A DNA stretch of 53,552 nt from Candidatus Woesearchaeota archaeon (GTDB lineage: Archaea > Nanobdellota > Nanobdellia > Woesearchaeales > WAPY01). Within the stretch, counting starts at the first letter, position 1. Every line of letters starts with the position of its first letter. Where the stretch lies: assembly GCA_049700835.1 (NCBI GenBank), contig JBNAUL010000001.1:128491-182042 (forward strand). The letters run 5' to 3'. The notes beneath the pieces were generated by a model. The model had not been told where the DNA came from and searched no databases. It saw only the letters and a list, made by a program, of their open reading frames with translations. A program made the position numbers and the translations under genes. Positions 37,521 to 47,824 of this stretch are shown one piece after another.

Positions 37521-38508
37521 AAATTAATTTTAAAAGTGCAGGACTTTATCTGCGAAAATTTTTATTTTTATGTTATTTATTCTTTTACAGGGCTTTAATA
37601 CGATTTTAAAATATTAAACACAAATCTATATTTTATATTTTTTATAAGCAATAATCAGTTTTGTGCTTTACTCATTTACTTGTTATATTAATATTTTAAT
37701 ATTTTAGGTTTTAACTTAGAAATTTATGATTTACCATTCTTATTAAAAGCATTTTTTAAATTTAATACTTTCTATTTTTCTTTCTCAACAAAAACAACTT
37801 TTATTTCAGGCCGTAACAATTCTTTTATTTTATTCTTCTTAATCTTTTCTTTCTCTTATTTAAAAATTGATATAATTTATTTTAACGCTTCAAGAGATCA
37901 ACAATCTTTTTTCTTTTCAACACACTCTAAACAACCGTTCCAAAAAGTTTTTAAGAATTTTTTTATCATTTCTGATAACAACAAATAAACCGCAACTTAA
38001 TTTAACTATTTTTTTTCAACAGTTCTTTTTATTGTTCTATAAATAATTTTTTATTATACTCCTTTAACAGTCATTGCTTAATAAAATAATCTTTTCACAA
38101 TAATTGTTGTTTTAAACTCATATTATCAACTTTTTATAATAAACTTAAATTATTTGCACTTTGCGCTTTTTATAAATTTCATTTCTTATTAAATCTTTCT
38201 TTTTTCTGACAAACATTTTTTGCAATTAGCTAATTAAAAAGAATTTTTAATATTTATTCTTTTGCTTTTATTTAAGTGACAATACTATTAAAAGGTTTTA
38301 AAACTTTTTTTAAATTTTGTCTTTAACCTTATTTTAATCTGTTAATTTAACAACAGAAAATTAAAAAATATATTTGCTTCAAGAAAATTTTTTAATATTG
38401 AGTATAAGTTCTTAAAGCGATTTGTTAATCAAATAAAATTAAATAGAAAACAGCTTTCTGTCGCAATAACAGGTATGATTTCTAAGTTAAATTTGAGTTA
38501 TTTGTTAT

Positions 38509-41500
38509 TTAAGCGGTAACCCAGTTTTTAGCAACTAGTTCTGCCTGTTTTAGTACAGTTTCTGTTGCCATTTTTTCCTTGTCAGGAGGATACCTATATT
38601 TGCGAAGTATTTTTTTAACTTTTAAACGTAACTCTGCTTGTACACTTTCTCTTTGCGTCCAGTCTATTGTAACGCTTTTTCTTATCGTTTCTGTTAATTC
38701 TAAAGCAATTTTTCTTAGTGTTTCATCACCCAAAATCATGACAGCACTATCGTTCACATAAAGAGCGTCATAAAATGCTATTTCATCATTGCTCATATTG
38801 AGATTTTTTCCTCTGTCTTTCTCATCCCTGACTTTTCTTGCTAATTCTATTAATTCTTCGATAACTTGCGCAGCCTCAACACTTCTATTAGTGTATTTTT
38901 TGATTGTTTTGTCTAACATTTCCATAAAAGATTTGTCTTGAACAAGATTTCTTTTTGAAATCAATTTTATTTCATCGTTCAACAATTTTTTTAGAGCTTC
39001 AAAAGCCAAATTTTTCTGTGGTATTTCTTTTACTTCTGCTAAAAATCCTTCTGACAAAATAGATAGTTCTGGTTTTTTAATGCCTGCTGCCTCAAATATA
39101 TCAATTATTCTATCAGAAATTACTGCTTTTGATAAAATCTGTTTGATTGCAGTTTCAAATTGTTCTCCAGTTTCCATTTTTGTTTCAATGGTTTTTGTTA
39201 TAGTTGATTTTACAGCCTGGAAACAACCGACCTCTTCTTTTATTTTCATTGCTTTTTCATGAGGAATGGCTAAAGAAAATGCTTTTATGAGTGCAGTCGT
39301 CTCTCTTTCAAATCTCTCTTTTTTGCCTTTTTCTTTCAATATGTGTTCTAAAGCATTTGGAATAAACGTAATCCGTTCTTTAGGAAAGAGTTCAAAGAAT
39401 TTCTTATAATTAAATCCATAAAACATGTCTTTTACAATCTCATATTTTTCAAGCATCAAACGAACAGCTTGCTCTTGATCCATAGTTGGCTTTCCTTTGC
39501 CACCACTTTCTGTATAGTCCATTAATGCTTTTTTCAATTCAGCGCCAACACCCATGTAATCAACAACTAAGCCACTTCCTTTCCAGGATAGACTCGATTG
39601 ACTCTTGCTATTGCTTGCATTAGAGTATGCCCCTTAATGGGCTTATCTAAATACATAGTATGCAGCGAAGGTGCATCAAATCCTGTCAAGAACATATCCC
39701 TTACAATTAGCAGTTTAGTCTCGTGTTTAGGGTCTTTAAAATTATCCCCAATTCTTTTTCTCTTTGCCTTATTTCTAATGTGTTGTTGCCATTCTTTTGG
39801 ATCAGAAGCAGAACTAGTTATTACTACTTTGATAAATCCTTTATCATCATCTTCATTATGCCATTCTGGCCTTAATTTTATTATTTCATTGTAAAGGTCG
39901 ATGCATATTCTTCTTGACATGCATACAATCATGCCTTTTCCATCAAGCACAGAAAGCCTCTGCTCGAAATGATTAACTATGTCTTTTGCAATCCTCTTTA
40001 TCCTTTTTGGAGCCCCTGCTACTTTTTCCAATCTTGCCCATTTGCTTTTTAGCTTTTCCTTTTGCTCTAATTCTTCACCTTCTGTTACTTCTTCAAATTC
40101 TTGATCAATCTTTGGCCGCTCTTCTGGTTTTAACTCAAGCTTTGCCAGCCTGCTTTCATAATAAATTCTTACTGTTGCACCATCATTAACTGCTTGTTCA
40201 ACATCATAAATGTCAACATATTTTCCAAAAACAGCTGGTGTTGATCTATCAGCTTTTTCTATTGGTGTTCCAGTAAAACCAATAGAAGATGCGTTAGGCA
40301 AAGCATCTCTTAAATATTTTGCATAACCATAAGTAATAAGTGCTTTATCCTCTCTCTTTAGTATTTTTGCAGGAAAGCCATACTGGCTCCTATGGGCTTC
40401 ATCAGCTATGACAATAATATTATCTCTTTCTGATAATGTGGGGTATTTCTCTCTGTCTTCTTCTGGAAAGAATTTTTGAATTGTTGTAAAAACAACTCCT
40501 CCAGAAGAAACTTTCAGCAATTCCATAAGTTCTTTTCTGCTGTTTGCATGCACAGGCTTCTGTCTTAAGATATCTTGGCATCTGCTAAAAGTTCCGAATA
40601 ACTGGTCATCAAGGTCATTTCTGTCAGTAAGAACAACGATTGTTGGATTGTCCATTTCGCGAATCAATTTTCCAGCATAAAATATCATTGTAAGGCTTTT
40701 GCCAGAGCCTTGAGTGTGCCATACTATCCCTGCTTTCTTATTTGTTCTTCTTGCGTGCAGAGTTGATTCAACTGCCTTGTTTGTTGCCCAGTATTGATGG
40801 TAAGCAGCAAGCCTCTTTTTTGTTTCCTTGTCTTTTTCAAAAACAATAAAGTTTCTTGCAATGTCAAGAATTCTTCTTTTGTCACACATTCCTCTTATCA
40901 AGACTTCTATTTCTGTTAAGCCTGTTTTTGGTTTTTGTCCATCAATTGTTTTCCACTGCATAAATCTTTCTGGCTCTGATGTTATTGTTCCTGCTCTTGC
41001 ATCTATCCCATCGCTAATAACCAAAATTTTATTGTATTTAAACAAAGAAGGGATTTGTTCCTTATAAGTTTGCAATTGATTGTAAGCAGTCCAGATAGTT
41101 GCATTTTCGTCAGCAGGATTTTTCAGTTCTATGACAACCAAAGGCAAGCCATTAATAAATAAAACAATGTCAGGCCTTCTTAGAATATTATTTTCTGTAA
41201 CTGTAAATTGATTTATTGCCAAGAAATCATTGTTTTCAGAATCATTGAAATCAAACAAATTAACTAAAACATACCTTTCTTCTCCTGCCTTTTTAATTGG
41301 AATACTTATTCCATCTGCAAGCATTCTGTGGAAAGTTTCATTATCAACAAGCAATTTTTGGCTTCCAATACTCAAGATTTCTTTAATGGCTTGCTCTCTT
41401 GCCTCTTCTGAAACCTGCGGATTTGTCCTTCTCAAAGCCTGCCGTAATCTATCAACAAGAACAACATCTTCGTATCTTTGCCTTAAAGCATACCTTCCAC

Positions 41501-41606
41501 TAGGAAGATAATCTTCATTATTTCATCTTATTATTTCATAGCCAAGCTTTTCAAATATTGAAAGCGCGAATTCCTCAACATCTGATTCTGAGATTGCTTT
41601 TTTCAT
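38509..41606 (-). pseudogene. hsdR: Type I restriction endonuclease subunit R, inactivated
   Basis: [34 protein letters not shown] and QAIARVNR motifs; in-frame TGA at 41523-41525 and a 1-nt deletion near 39575. Confidence 0.92.
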
Positions 41607-42046
41607 TTTATACAATCCATTAATTTTAAATAAACTCTTTTTGTAAAATCAATCACTTTTACAGCATACTCTTTGTCTAGTTGTGTTCCATAATAAAGCA
41701 TTCCATTCCTAAAATATCTTAACTGGTCTAAAAATTGTATATCCTTTTCGTTGAATTTTAAAATTACTAAATAAGAAATCTCTGCTTCATGAGCACCGAT
41801 ACCAGTTGCATTATATCCGTCGAGAAGCATTTTTGCCCTTATTAACTGCATCAAGATATCATAACAGGATTTTGAAAGGTCATTCGCAGTATCATCGCTA
41901 ACACCCAATTTTTCTATTTTAATTAATAATAATTTGTAAGCATTTTTTGATTCATTTACTAAAAATTCAGCTCTTGATTTATCAGGAGTTTGTTTTTTAA
42001 CAATTCCTTCTTTAATAAACTCATCAAATTTTCTTATCGGCCTCAT
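41603..42046 (-). CDS. HEPN-domain protein
   Basis: Helical protein with GAHEA and LRYFRNGMLYYG; translationally coupled to the MNT gene. Confidence 0.8.
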   Translation of the reverse strand: MRPIRKFDEFIKEGIVKKQTPDKSRAEFLVNESKNAYKLLLIKIEKLGVSDDTANDLSKSCYDILMQLIRAKMLLDGYNATGIGAHEAEISYLVILKFNEKDIQFLDQLRYFRNGMLYYGTQLDKEYAVKVIDFTKRVYLKLMDCIK

Positions 42047-42591
42047 AATTCAAATCCTCCTTCTAGAACAATTCCATTAGCAAGGTTTTCTTTAAGGTTT
42101 TTATGTATCTTATCAAAAGAAGAATAAAAGTTTAGATTTATTTTTCTTTCTAAAATTTTCTCATATTCTTTTAAATCCAAATATTTTTCTTTTCTTCCTA
42201 TAATAGCAATATCTAAATCAGAATTGAAAATGTCTTCTCCTCTTGAATAACTACCAAACAAAATTATTGTTCCTCCTGCAAATTCCTTTTCTAAAAAATC
42301 TGCAAGTCCTGACTCATAAACCTGTTTTAAGTTATTGACTCTTTTTAATTGCATGACTTTATGATTATTTGTATTTAAGGTAATTTCCCATCTTTTAGTT
42401 TCCTTGTTTTTCTCTAATTTTATGAAATTGGTTTTTTCAAGGCCAGGCAATGCTTTCTTTACTGCTGCCTGAGAAACATTCAAGTGCTTTGCAATCTGAT
42501 TTTGATTTAAACTTGTTCCAGCTCTCTTAAAAAGCAATTCCAAAATCTTCTGCTGAAGATTTGTTAACTCAAATTCATATTTATTTACCAT
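42043..42591 (-). CDS. wHTH + minimal nucleotidyltransferase (MNT) antitoxin-like protein
   Basis: HTH QIAKHLNVSQAAVKKAL; LFGSYSRGEDIFNSDLDIAI; alternative start at 42600. Confidence 0.88.
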   Translation of the reverse strand: MVNKYEFELTNLQQKILELLFKRAGTSLNQNQIAKHLNVSQAAVKKALPGLEKTNFIKLEKNKETKRWEITLNTNNHKVMQLKRVNNLKQVYESGLADFLEKEFAGGTIILFGSYSRGEDIFNSDLDIAIIGRKEKYLDLKEYEKILERKINLNFYSSFDKIHKNLKENLANGIVLEGGFEL

Positions 42592-42625
42592 AGTTAACAT
42601 ACATTAACTTTTGTTAATATTTAAA
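42584..42625 (-). promoter_or_regulatory. TATA box plus two palindromic TTAAC-N4-GT(T/A)AA operator candidates
   Basis: Sites at 42584-42597 and 42604-42617; minus-strand TTTAAATA at 42618-42625. Confidence 0.5.
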
Positions 42626-42745
42626 GCTTTTGGTTTTTGAGATAAAATGAGAAAGTTAATTAAGAATAATTAACATATGTAAAAAATATTAACATTTTGA
42701 TAATTTATGATATTAATTGATATTTAATTTTATCGCTTACCCATT

Positions 42746-43430
42746 CTATATTAATAAGATAAGCATAAGGAAATTCCAAGTATAATGTGATATAAGGGGA
42801 GGAATGATGCTTTTACTTTTCAGATAAACAAACCCATAGATGAGCCCTGAATAAAAATGCACTTTAGAAACATAAACTCCATGACTGAGAGCAAAAATCA
42901 TTGATTGAGTCATAAGTATTAAAAGAACATAAGTATATTTAATAAATTTTGATTGATTTTTAACAAGAGAAGTAAAAATCATTGGAATAAATAAAAAAAG
43001 GAAAGTAAAAACTAATTGCAGATAAGAAATATTCTCTATCCAGTCAAGAAAATAAAAGATAATAGAAGGGAGTGCTAGGATAATTGCTAAAAACAGTGGT
43101 AAAATCCAATCATGCATTTTTATTTTTTTATTTTCTAAGTTTAAAAAATACTGAAAAATCATTCTTCTGTACAGAATCTCTTCAAAAATAGGAGTTAAAA
43201 TCAAAGAAAATATGATGGTATTGATTATCGTATCTTTTTCTGTTTCTTGTGAGAAATTAAAAAAGGAATATATAAACAAAATTATGGTTAATAATAATCC
43301 GATTATAGAATAAATTAAAACATCTCTTTTTCTTGGTTTATCTTTTTTTTAAATTAAGAAATTTTGATAAAAATGAAATTAAAATAAAACTTACAAATAA
43401 ACCAATAAACCCTAACAGATAAGATTTCAT
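42746..43430 (-). pseudogene. CPBP/CAAX (Abi) intramembrane protease, frameshifted in an A8 run
   Basis: EEILYR, FALSH and HYTWN motifs; ATG at 43430 overlaps the upstream stop; removing one base from T8 at 43343-43350 restores the frame. Confidence 0.75.
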
Positions 43431-44086
43431 TTTATCATTTTAACAGGCACCCTAATTTTCCCTGACATAATTTTAGGCAAGAGCAAGTCGCGGAGAGAGG
43501 AGAGGGTGAGGGATTCTTTGAGATTAGATGAGATTTTATTAAAAATGACATTAACAAGAGAATTAAAATTATTTAGGATTTTCTCTGGAGGAAGGATTGT
43601 AATAAATTCAGGCACAGCATTTTTACTTAGGTGTAAAACAGTTGTTCCACTTGTAAAAGATAACGCGTGATTATGAAAATCTTCTGCTTTCAATAAATAA
43701 TAGAGATAATATTTAGAGAAATTATTTTTTGGTCTTACAATTTGTAAATCTAACGATGCGATAAGTTTTTCATATTGTCCTAAAGAATTAACAATTGCTG
43801 GTGTTCCTATAACTTCTGCTTTTTGTGTTAAATCAGTCTGTGCCACTACAATTTCCCCATCCTTGACTATCTGTTCTTCTTTATATTCGCCAACATATTC
43901 TGGGTCTGCTTCAGGATCTTTTTTTAATTCTTCATAAACTTCACTGAAAACATCAGAGATATATTTCAAAAAAATTAGACCTAGAACTACGTGCTTGTAC
44001 TCAGCAGCATCCATATTGCTCCTTAACTTGTCTGCTGCTTGCCAGAGTTTTTGTTCAAAACCAAGATTTGCACAATTTGTTTTCAT
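43427..44086 (-). pseudogene. In-frame fusion of HsdM N-terminus to HsdS C-terminal half (deletion remnant)
   Basis: [32 protein letters not shown] (HsdM N-term) joined near 43900 to [32 protein letters not shown] (HsdS). Confidence 0.85.
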
Positions 44087-44090
44087 CTTA

Positions 44091-44231
44091 TTACCTTTTG
44101 CGTCTCGGCACATTCCAGTAAGGGCTTTTGCATTTAGGGCAGACCTTTGGCTCATCGGTAGTTGTTTCCCGAGGAACCCATTTATGTTTGCAACGTTCGC
44201 AAACATAGCCTTCTAGTTTAATTTTGCCCAT
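44091..44231 (-). CDS. 46-aa C2C2 zinc-ribbon protein (not in ORF track)
   Basis: [50 protein letters not shown]-like CTTATATA ~25 nt upstream. Confidence 0.8.
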   Translation of the reverse strand: MGKIKLEGYVCERCKHKWVPRETTTDEPKVCPKCKSPYWNVPRRKR

Positions 44232-44558
44232 ATCAGTCAGTTATATTCACTTTTGTATATAAGTTTTATTATTTGACAAAATAAGAAGTGGCTTCAAATT
44301 AGATGAGGCAGCACAGCAATGGAATGTTGTCTTTAGACTTTCTCATGATTTCATTAAGAAGCATCTGGTTTTTGATGCAGTAACACCTTCTTAAGTAGTA
44401 GAAATTGACTTGATCTAAGCAAAAACAGATTTTGGTTTGTTAAAACAAAGCTTTAATTATCCTAATACAAGAAAAAATAAGTATTTTAAAAGGATTCTTT
44501 AATATAACAGATATTAAAATAGTTAAATTTATAAATTACTTGTTTAGCACCAATCTTT

Positions 44559-44697
44559 AATACCAAAGCTTGCGCTCTGCCTGCAAATATAATAAATAAT
44601 AAGTTGATAATAGTTTAGGGCGCAGAAGCCATCCCAAATTGTGGACGAGGCCGCTGAGGTTAAAAAAATGCGGTTTTGCTTCTAAGGTTTTGGTATT
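44559..44697 (+). promoter_or_regulatory. Structured 5' leader upstream of rps2 (candidate r-leader)
   Basis: Nested stems AATACCAAAGC/GTTTTGGTATT, TGCGCTCT/AGGGCGCA, AGAAGC/GCTTCT and AGGCCGC/GCGGTTT; TTTATAAA at 44528. Confidence 0.55.
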
Positions 44698-44745
44698 TAA
44701 AATTCAAAGCAAAACAATAAAAATGCTAAATTTGAGGTGTTTTTT

Positions 44746-45342
44746 ATGGGAGAGGAACTTTTAGTGCCCCAGGACATTTACTTGAAATCAGGAATACACA
44801 TCGGAACAAAGTTTAGAACAAAGTACATGTCTCCTTTCATCTACAAGATAAGGCCTGACGGGCTTTCAATAATGAATTTGGAAGAGATAGATAGGAGATT
44901 AAAGATTGCTTCAAATTTTTTGGCGCAGTATAACCCAGAAGACATAATAGTAGCTTGTAGAAGGGAGAATGGTTGGAAAGCAGTAAGCTTGTTTGGAAAA
45001 GCAACAGGAATAAGAACATTCATTGGAAGATATCCTCCTGGAACACTAACAAATCCTAAATTGAAAACATACACCGAGGCAAAGCTGATTTTTGTAGTTG
45101 ATCCTTGGCCTGACAAGAACATCGTTGATGATGCAGCAAGGGTTGGAATTCCTGTAATTGCATTGTGCGATACTAATAACCAATCAAACAATGTTGATTT
45201 TGTTGTTCCTTGCAATAACAAGGGAAAGAAGAGTTTGGGATTGATATTTTGGGTTCTTGCAAGGGAATATCTGAAAAAGAGAGTAATCATAAGAAATGAA
45301 GAGGAATTCAAATACACTCTGGATGAATTTTCAGAGGAATAA
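44746..45342 (+). CDS. rps2: 30S ribosomal protein S2
   Basis: YLKSGIHIGTK, GRYPPGTLTNP, ALCDTNN and PCNNKG motifs. Confidence 0.97.
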   Translation: MGEELLVPQDIYLKSGIHIGTKFRTKYMSPFIYKIRPDGLSIMNLEEIDRRLKIASNFLAQYNPEDIIVACRRENGWKAVSLFGKATGIRTFIGRYPPGTLTNPKLKTYTEAKLIFVVDPWPDKNIVDDAARVGIPVIALCDTNNQSNNVDFVVPCNNKGKKSLGLIFWVLAREYLKKRVIIRNEEEFKYTLDEFSEE

Positions 45343-45355
45343 TTTTAAGTTGTTT

Positions 45356-45784
45356 TTATTTTTTTGACTTAAACTTATTTTTTAATTTGCTTATAGCATT
45401 GGACAATTCTTTCTTTGTTACAAAGTATATGAGGTGGGTTTTGCAACGGCAATCAGTTGAGCCGAATTTTTCAGCTATTGTTGTGCCATTCGCTAAAAGT
45501 ATCTTTGCAATCTCGCATTCTTGTTTTTTTTCTGAAGGAAAAACAAGGAATTTTGTTATTTCAGCGCTCTCTAAGAAATAATCAATATGCCATTTTTTCT
45601 TTTTCAAAGAAGAATAGTGCCTCAAAATTCTCTGTTCTAGATTTTTCATTGCAGAGCCAACATAAACATAGAAACCCTCTGGGAAATCAAAAACCCCTAA
45701 TTTTCCTATCTTAATCTTCTTATCGTATTTTAATCTCATTATGATGCAGTAAGCCCCTTTTTTTTCTTCAAGGATTTTTACCAC
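45356..45784 (-). CDS. DUF123 / Uri-superfamily GIY-YIG nuclease
   Basis: GFYVYVGSA, WHIDYFL, ECEIA and FGSTDCRCKTHL motifs; start uncertain. Confidence 0.85.
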   Translation of the reverse strand: MVKILEEKKGAYCIIMRLKYDKKIKIGKLGVFDFPEGFYVYVGSAMKNLEQRILRHYSSLKKKKWHIDYFLESAEITKFLVFPSEKKQECEIAKILLANGTTIAEKFGSTDCRCKTHLIYFVTKKELSNAISKLKNKFKSKK

Positions 45785-45785
45785 C

Positions 45786-46511
45786 TCACAAAATTCTAAA
45801 ATATATTCTCCTATTGTTCTTTCCTTTGTTTTCAACGCTTAAAAGCTGAATGCCCTTGATTTCAGATGTGTTCTTAACATGAGCTCCTCCACAGGCCTGA
45901 ACATCCAAACCCTGTATTTTGACAATTCTGACCTTTTTTATTGATTCAGGGAGCATCTTTTGAAGTTTTACCAAATCAGGAATTTTAAATGCTTCCTCCC
46001 TATCAAGTATTGATAGTTCAACAGGATGATTTTCATTTATGAAATCATTTGCCATTTTAACATACTCGTTGAATTTTTCCCTGTCAAAGTTTTCAAGGTT
46101 GAAGTCAATCCTTACCTTTTCCTCGTCAATGTTGTTGCCTGTAATCAAAGCGCCTGTTTCCTTGTTTATTATTGCTGAGAGAATATGCGCTGCTGTATGG
46201 CACCTCATAAAATAGTATCTTCTCTCCCAATCAATAATTCCTCTTACTGCATCCCCTCTTTTCAAATCAAAATCATTAGTTTTCTCAACAACATGGATAA
46301 CTTTATCGTTGCTTTTTAAAACATCTTTGACAAGATATTTATAATTTCCTTTTATTAAGAAGCCCCTGTCCTCTGGCTGTCCTCCTGCTCTTGGATAAAA
46401 TGCAGTCTGTTCAAGAACAATAAGAAAGTTGTTCTCTTGCTCTCGAATATCTGAAACTATCGTGTTGAAATCTTTTATGTAGCAATCGAGCAAATAGAGC
46501 ATCTCAGTCAT
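45786..46511 (-). CDS. alaXM: Alanyl-tRNA editing protein AlaX-M
   Basis: TAFYPRAGGQPEDRG, HTAAH and CGGAHV motifs. Confidence 0.93.
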   Translation of the reverse strand: MTEMLYLLDCYIKDFNTIVSDIREQENNFLIVLEQTAFYPRAGGQPEDRGFLIKGNYKYLVKDVLKSNDKVIHVVEKTNDFDLKRGDAVRGIIDWERRYYFMRCHTAAHILSAIINKETGALITGNNIDEEKVRIDFNLENFDREKFNEYVKMANDFINENHPVELSILDREEAFKIPDLVKLQKMLPESIKKVRIVKIQGLDVQACGGAHVKNTSEIKGIQLLSVENKGKNNRRIYFRIL

Positions 46512-46520
46512 AAAAACACC

Positions 46521-47222
46521 TCATTCAAATATTTTAAAACCCTTTTTTGGCTCTACAATCCCTTCTGAAACAATCTCAAACACAACCTCTCTCATCGGCA
46601 GGCTCCTGTGCTTTATAAGTATTGCTTTTTTCTTATTAGCACCTATATTTTCAAGCTCTATTATGCATTTGCTGGAATACTTTATTATATCCCCTCCAAC
46701 AAGCTTAACTGAATTTTTGTCTTCAAAATCTGAATAAACCTGGCTTGTTATAATTACAGGAATATTCTTCTTTCTGGCAATTTGGCTTAAGAGGTTTATC
46801 TGATAACTTAATTTTCTGTTCAACTCTCTTATGTCCTCATCTTCTTTCTTTACTCTGTAGAGCATTGATATAGTATCAACTACTATTAGCTTAAACTTGT
46901 TTTGAGCGTCCTCTTGAATTGTTTTGTTTAGGAGTTCAAAGGCCTTTGTTTGTTCGTCAAATGTAGTTGGTTTAAGCAGAAATATTTTTTCAAGAATCCT
47001 TTCATAGTTTTTTGCAAGCTGTTTCAATCTTTCAACAGAAAATCCTCCTTCGCAGTCAATAAAAACAACCTTGCCCTGCCTTGAAGCTGAAATCGCTGCA
47101 AGCAAGCAGATGGTTGTCTTTCCTGATGCAGCAGGGCCATAAATGGTTGTCACTACGTCATTTTCAAAACCGCCTTCTAATAATTTGTCAATAACCTTTG
47201 AATTTGAGGACAGTTTGTCCAT
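46521..47222 (-). CDS. radB: DNA repair protein RadB
   Basis: GPAASGKTT, GFSVERLKQ and the RadB-specific KHR motif. Confidence 0.93.
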   Translation of the reverse strand: MDKLSSNSKVIDKLLEGGFENDVVTTIYGPAASGKTTICLLAAISASRQGKVVFIDCEGGFSVERLKQLAKNYERILEKIFLLKPTTFDEQTKAFELLNKTIQEDAQNKFKLIVVDTISMLYRVKKEDEDIRELNRKLSYQINLLSQIARKKNIPVIITSQVYSDFEDKNSVKLVGGDIIKYSSKCIIELENIGANKKKAILIKHRSLPMREVVFEIVSEGIVEPKKGFKIFE

Positions 47223-47272
47223 AATCAGAGAATATTGTTTTCTTTTTATAAATCTTTAGATGTTTTTAGTTT

Positions 47273-47602
47273 TTATTTTCTTTGAAAACTCAAAATTGCA
47301 GAAGCAAGATCGCCATTATTCTCTTTCAAAGCATTTATAGCCTTTTCCCTTGAAACCCCTGTTTTTTCAATGACAATTTTTATATCATTTTCGTCAGGTT
47401 CATAAGTTTTATTTCTTTCCTGAATAATGCCTGTTATTTGAAATGTGTCTTCCCCCATTAAATTGATTTTGATGACAGAAGGATTTCTTATTATTATTTC
47501 CTTTTCAGTACACTTGATAATTACTTCTTCTGCTTCAATTTCCTGCTGAGTGATTCCAAACCTCTTCATCGCATTCATGAGATCTCTTTGGTTCATCTTC
47601 AT
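47273..47602 (-). CDS. nac: Nascent polypeptide-associated complex protein
   Basis: MKRFGI..EAEEVII..NPSV..FQITG followed by a UBA domain (NGDLASAIL). Confidence 0.93.
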   Translation of the reverse strand: MKMNQRDLMNAMKRFGITQQEIEAEEVIIKCTEKEIIIRNPSVIKINLMGEDTFQITGIIQERNKTYEPDENDIKIVIEKTGVSREKAINALKENNGDLASAILSFQRK

Positions 47603-47622
47603 AAGAAACACCTGCATTAATA

Positions 47623-47793
47623 CTACTTTAAAAGTGGACTTGCTACTATGTGAAGCACTATTTCAAGCAAAACTATTAAAATTATGAACAAGATCACATG
47701 AATTGGCCTTATTTCAAATTTGCTTTTGTACTCATCAAAGTATCTTACCAAACCACCGCCTCCGCTTGGAAGCCTTATCTTATCTGATGTCAT
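47623..47793 (-). CDS. secG: Preprotein translocase subunit Sec61beta (not in ORF track)
   Basis: MTSDKIRLPSGGGGLVRYFDEYKSKFEIRPIHVILFIILIVLLEIVLHIVASPLLK. Confidence 0.9.
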   Translation of the reverse strand: MTSDKIRLPSGGGGLVRYFDEYKSKFEIRPIHVILFIILIVLLEIVLHIVASPLLK

Positions 47794-47824
47794 TCTTTTA
47801 CCTTTATTTGAAAATTATAATTTT

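Noticed and set aside
41523..41525. In-frame TGA in hsdR as stop-codon recoding or selenocysteine
   Set aside because: TGA terminates normal genes here (ppsA, radB, pyrH), and hsdR also carries a frameshift
44280..44420. Possible integrase remnant or hairpin at the island's right edge
   Set aside because: Similarity too weak; no att repeat or tRNA at the island borders could be seen
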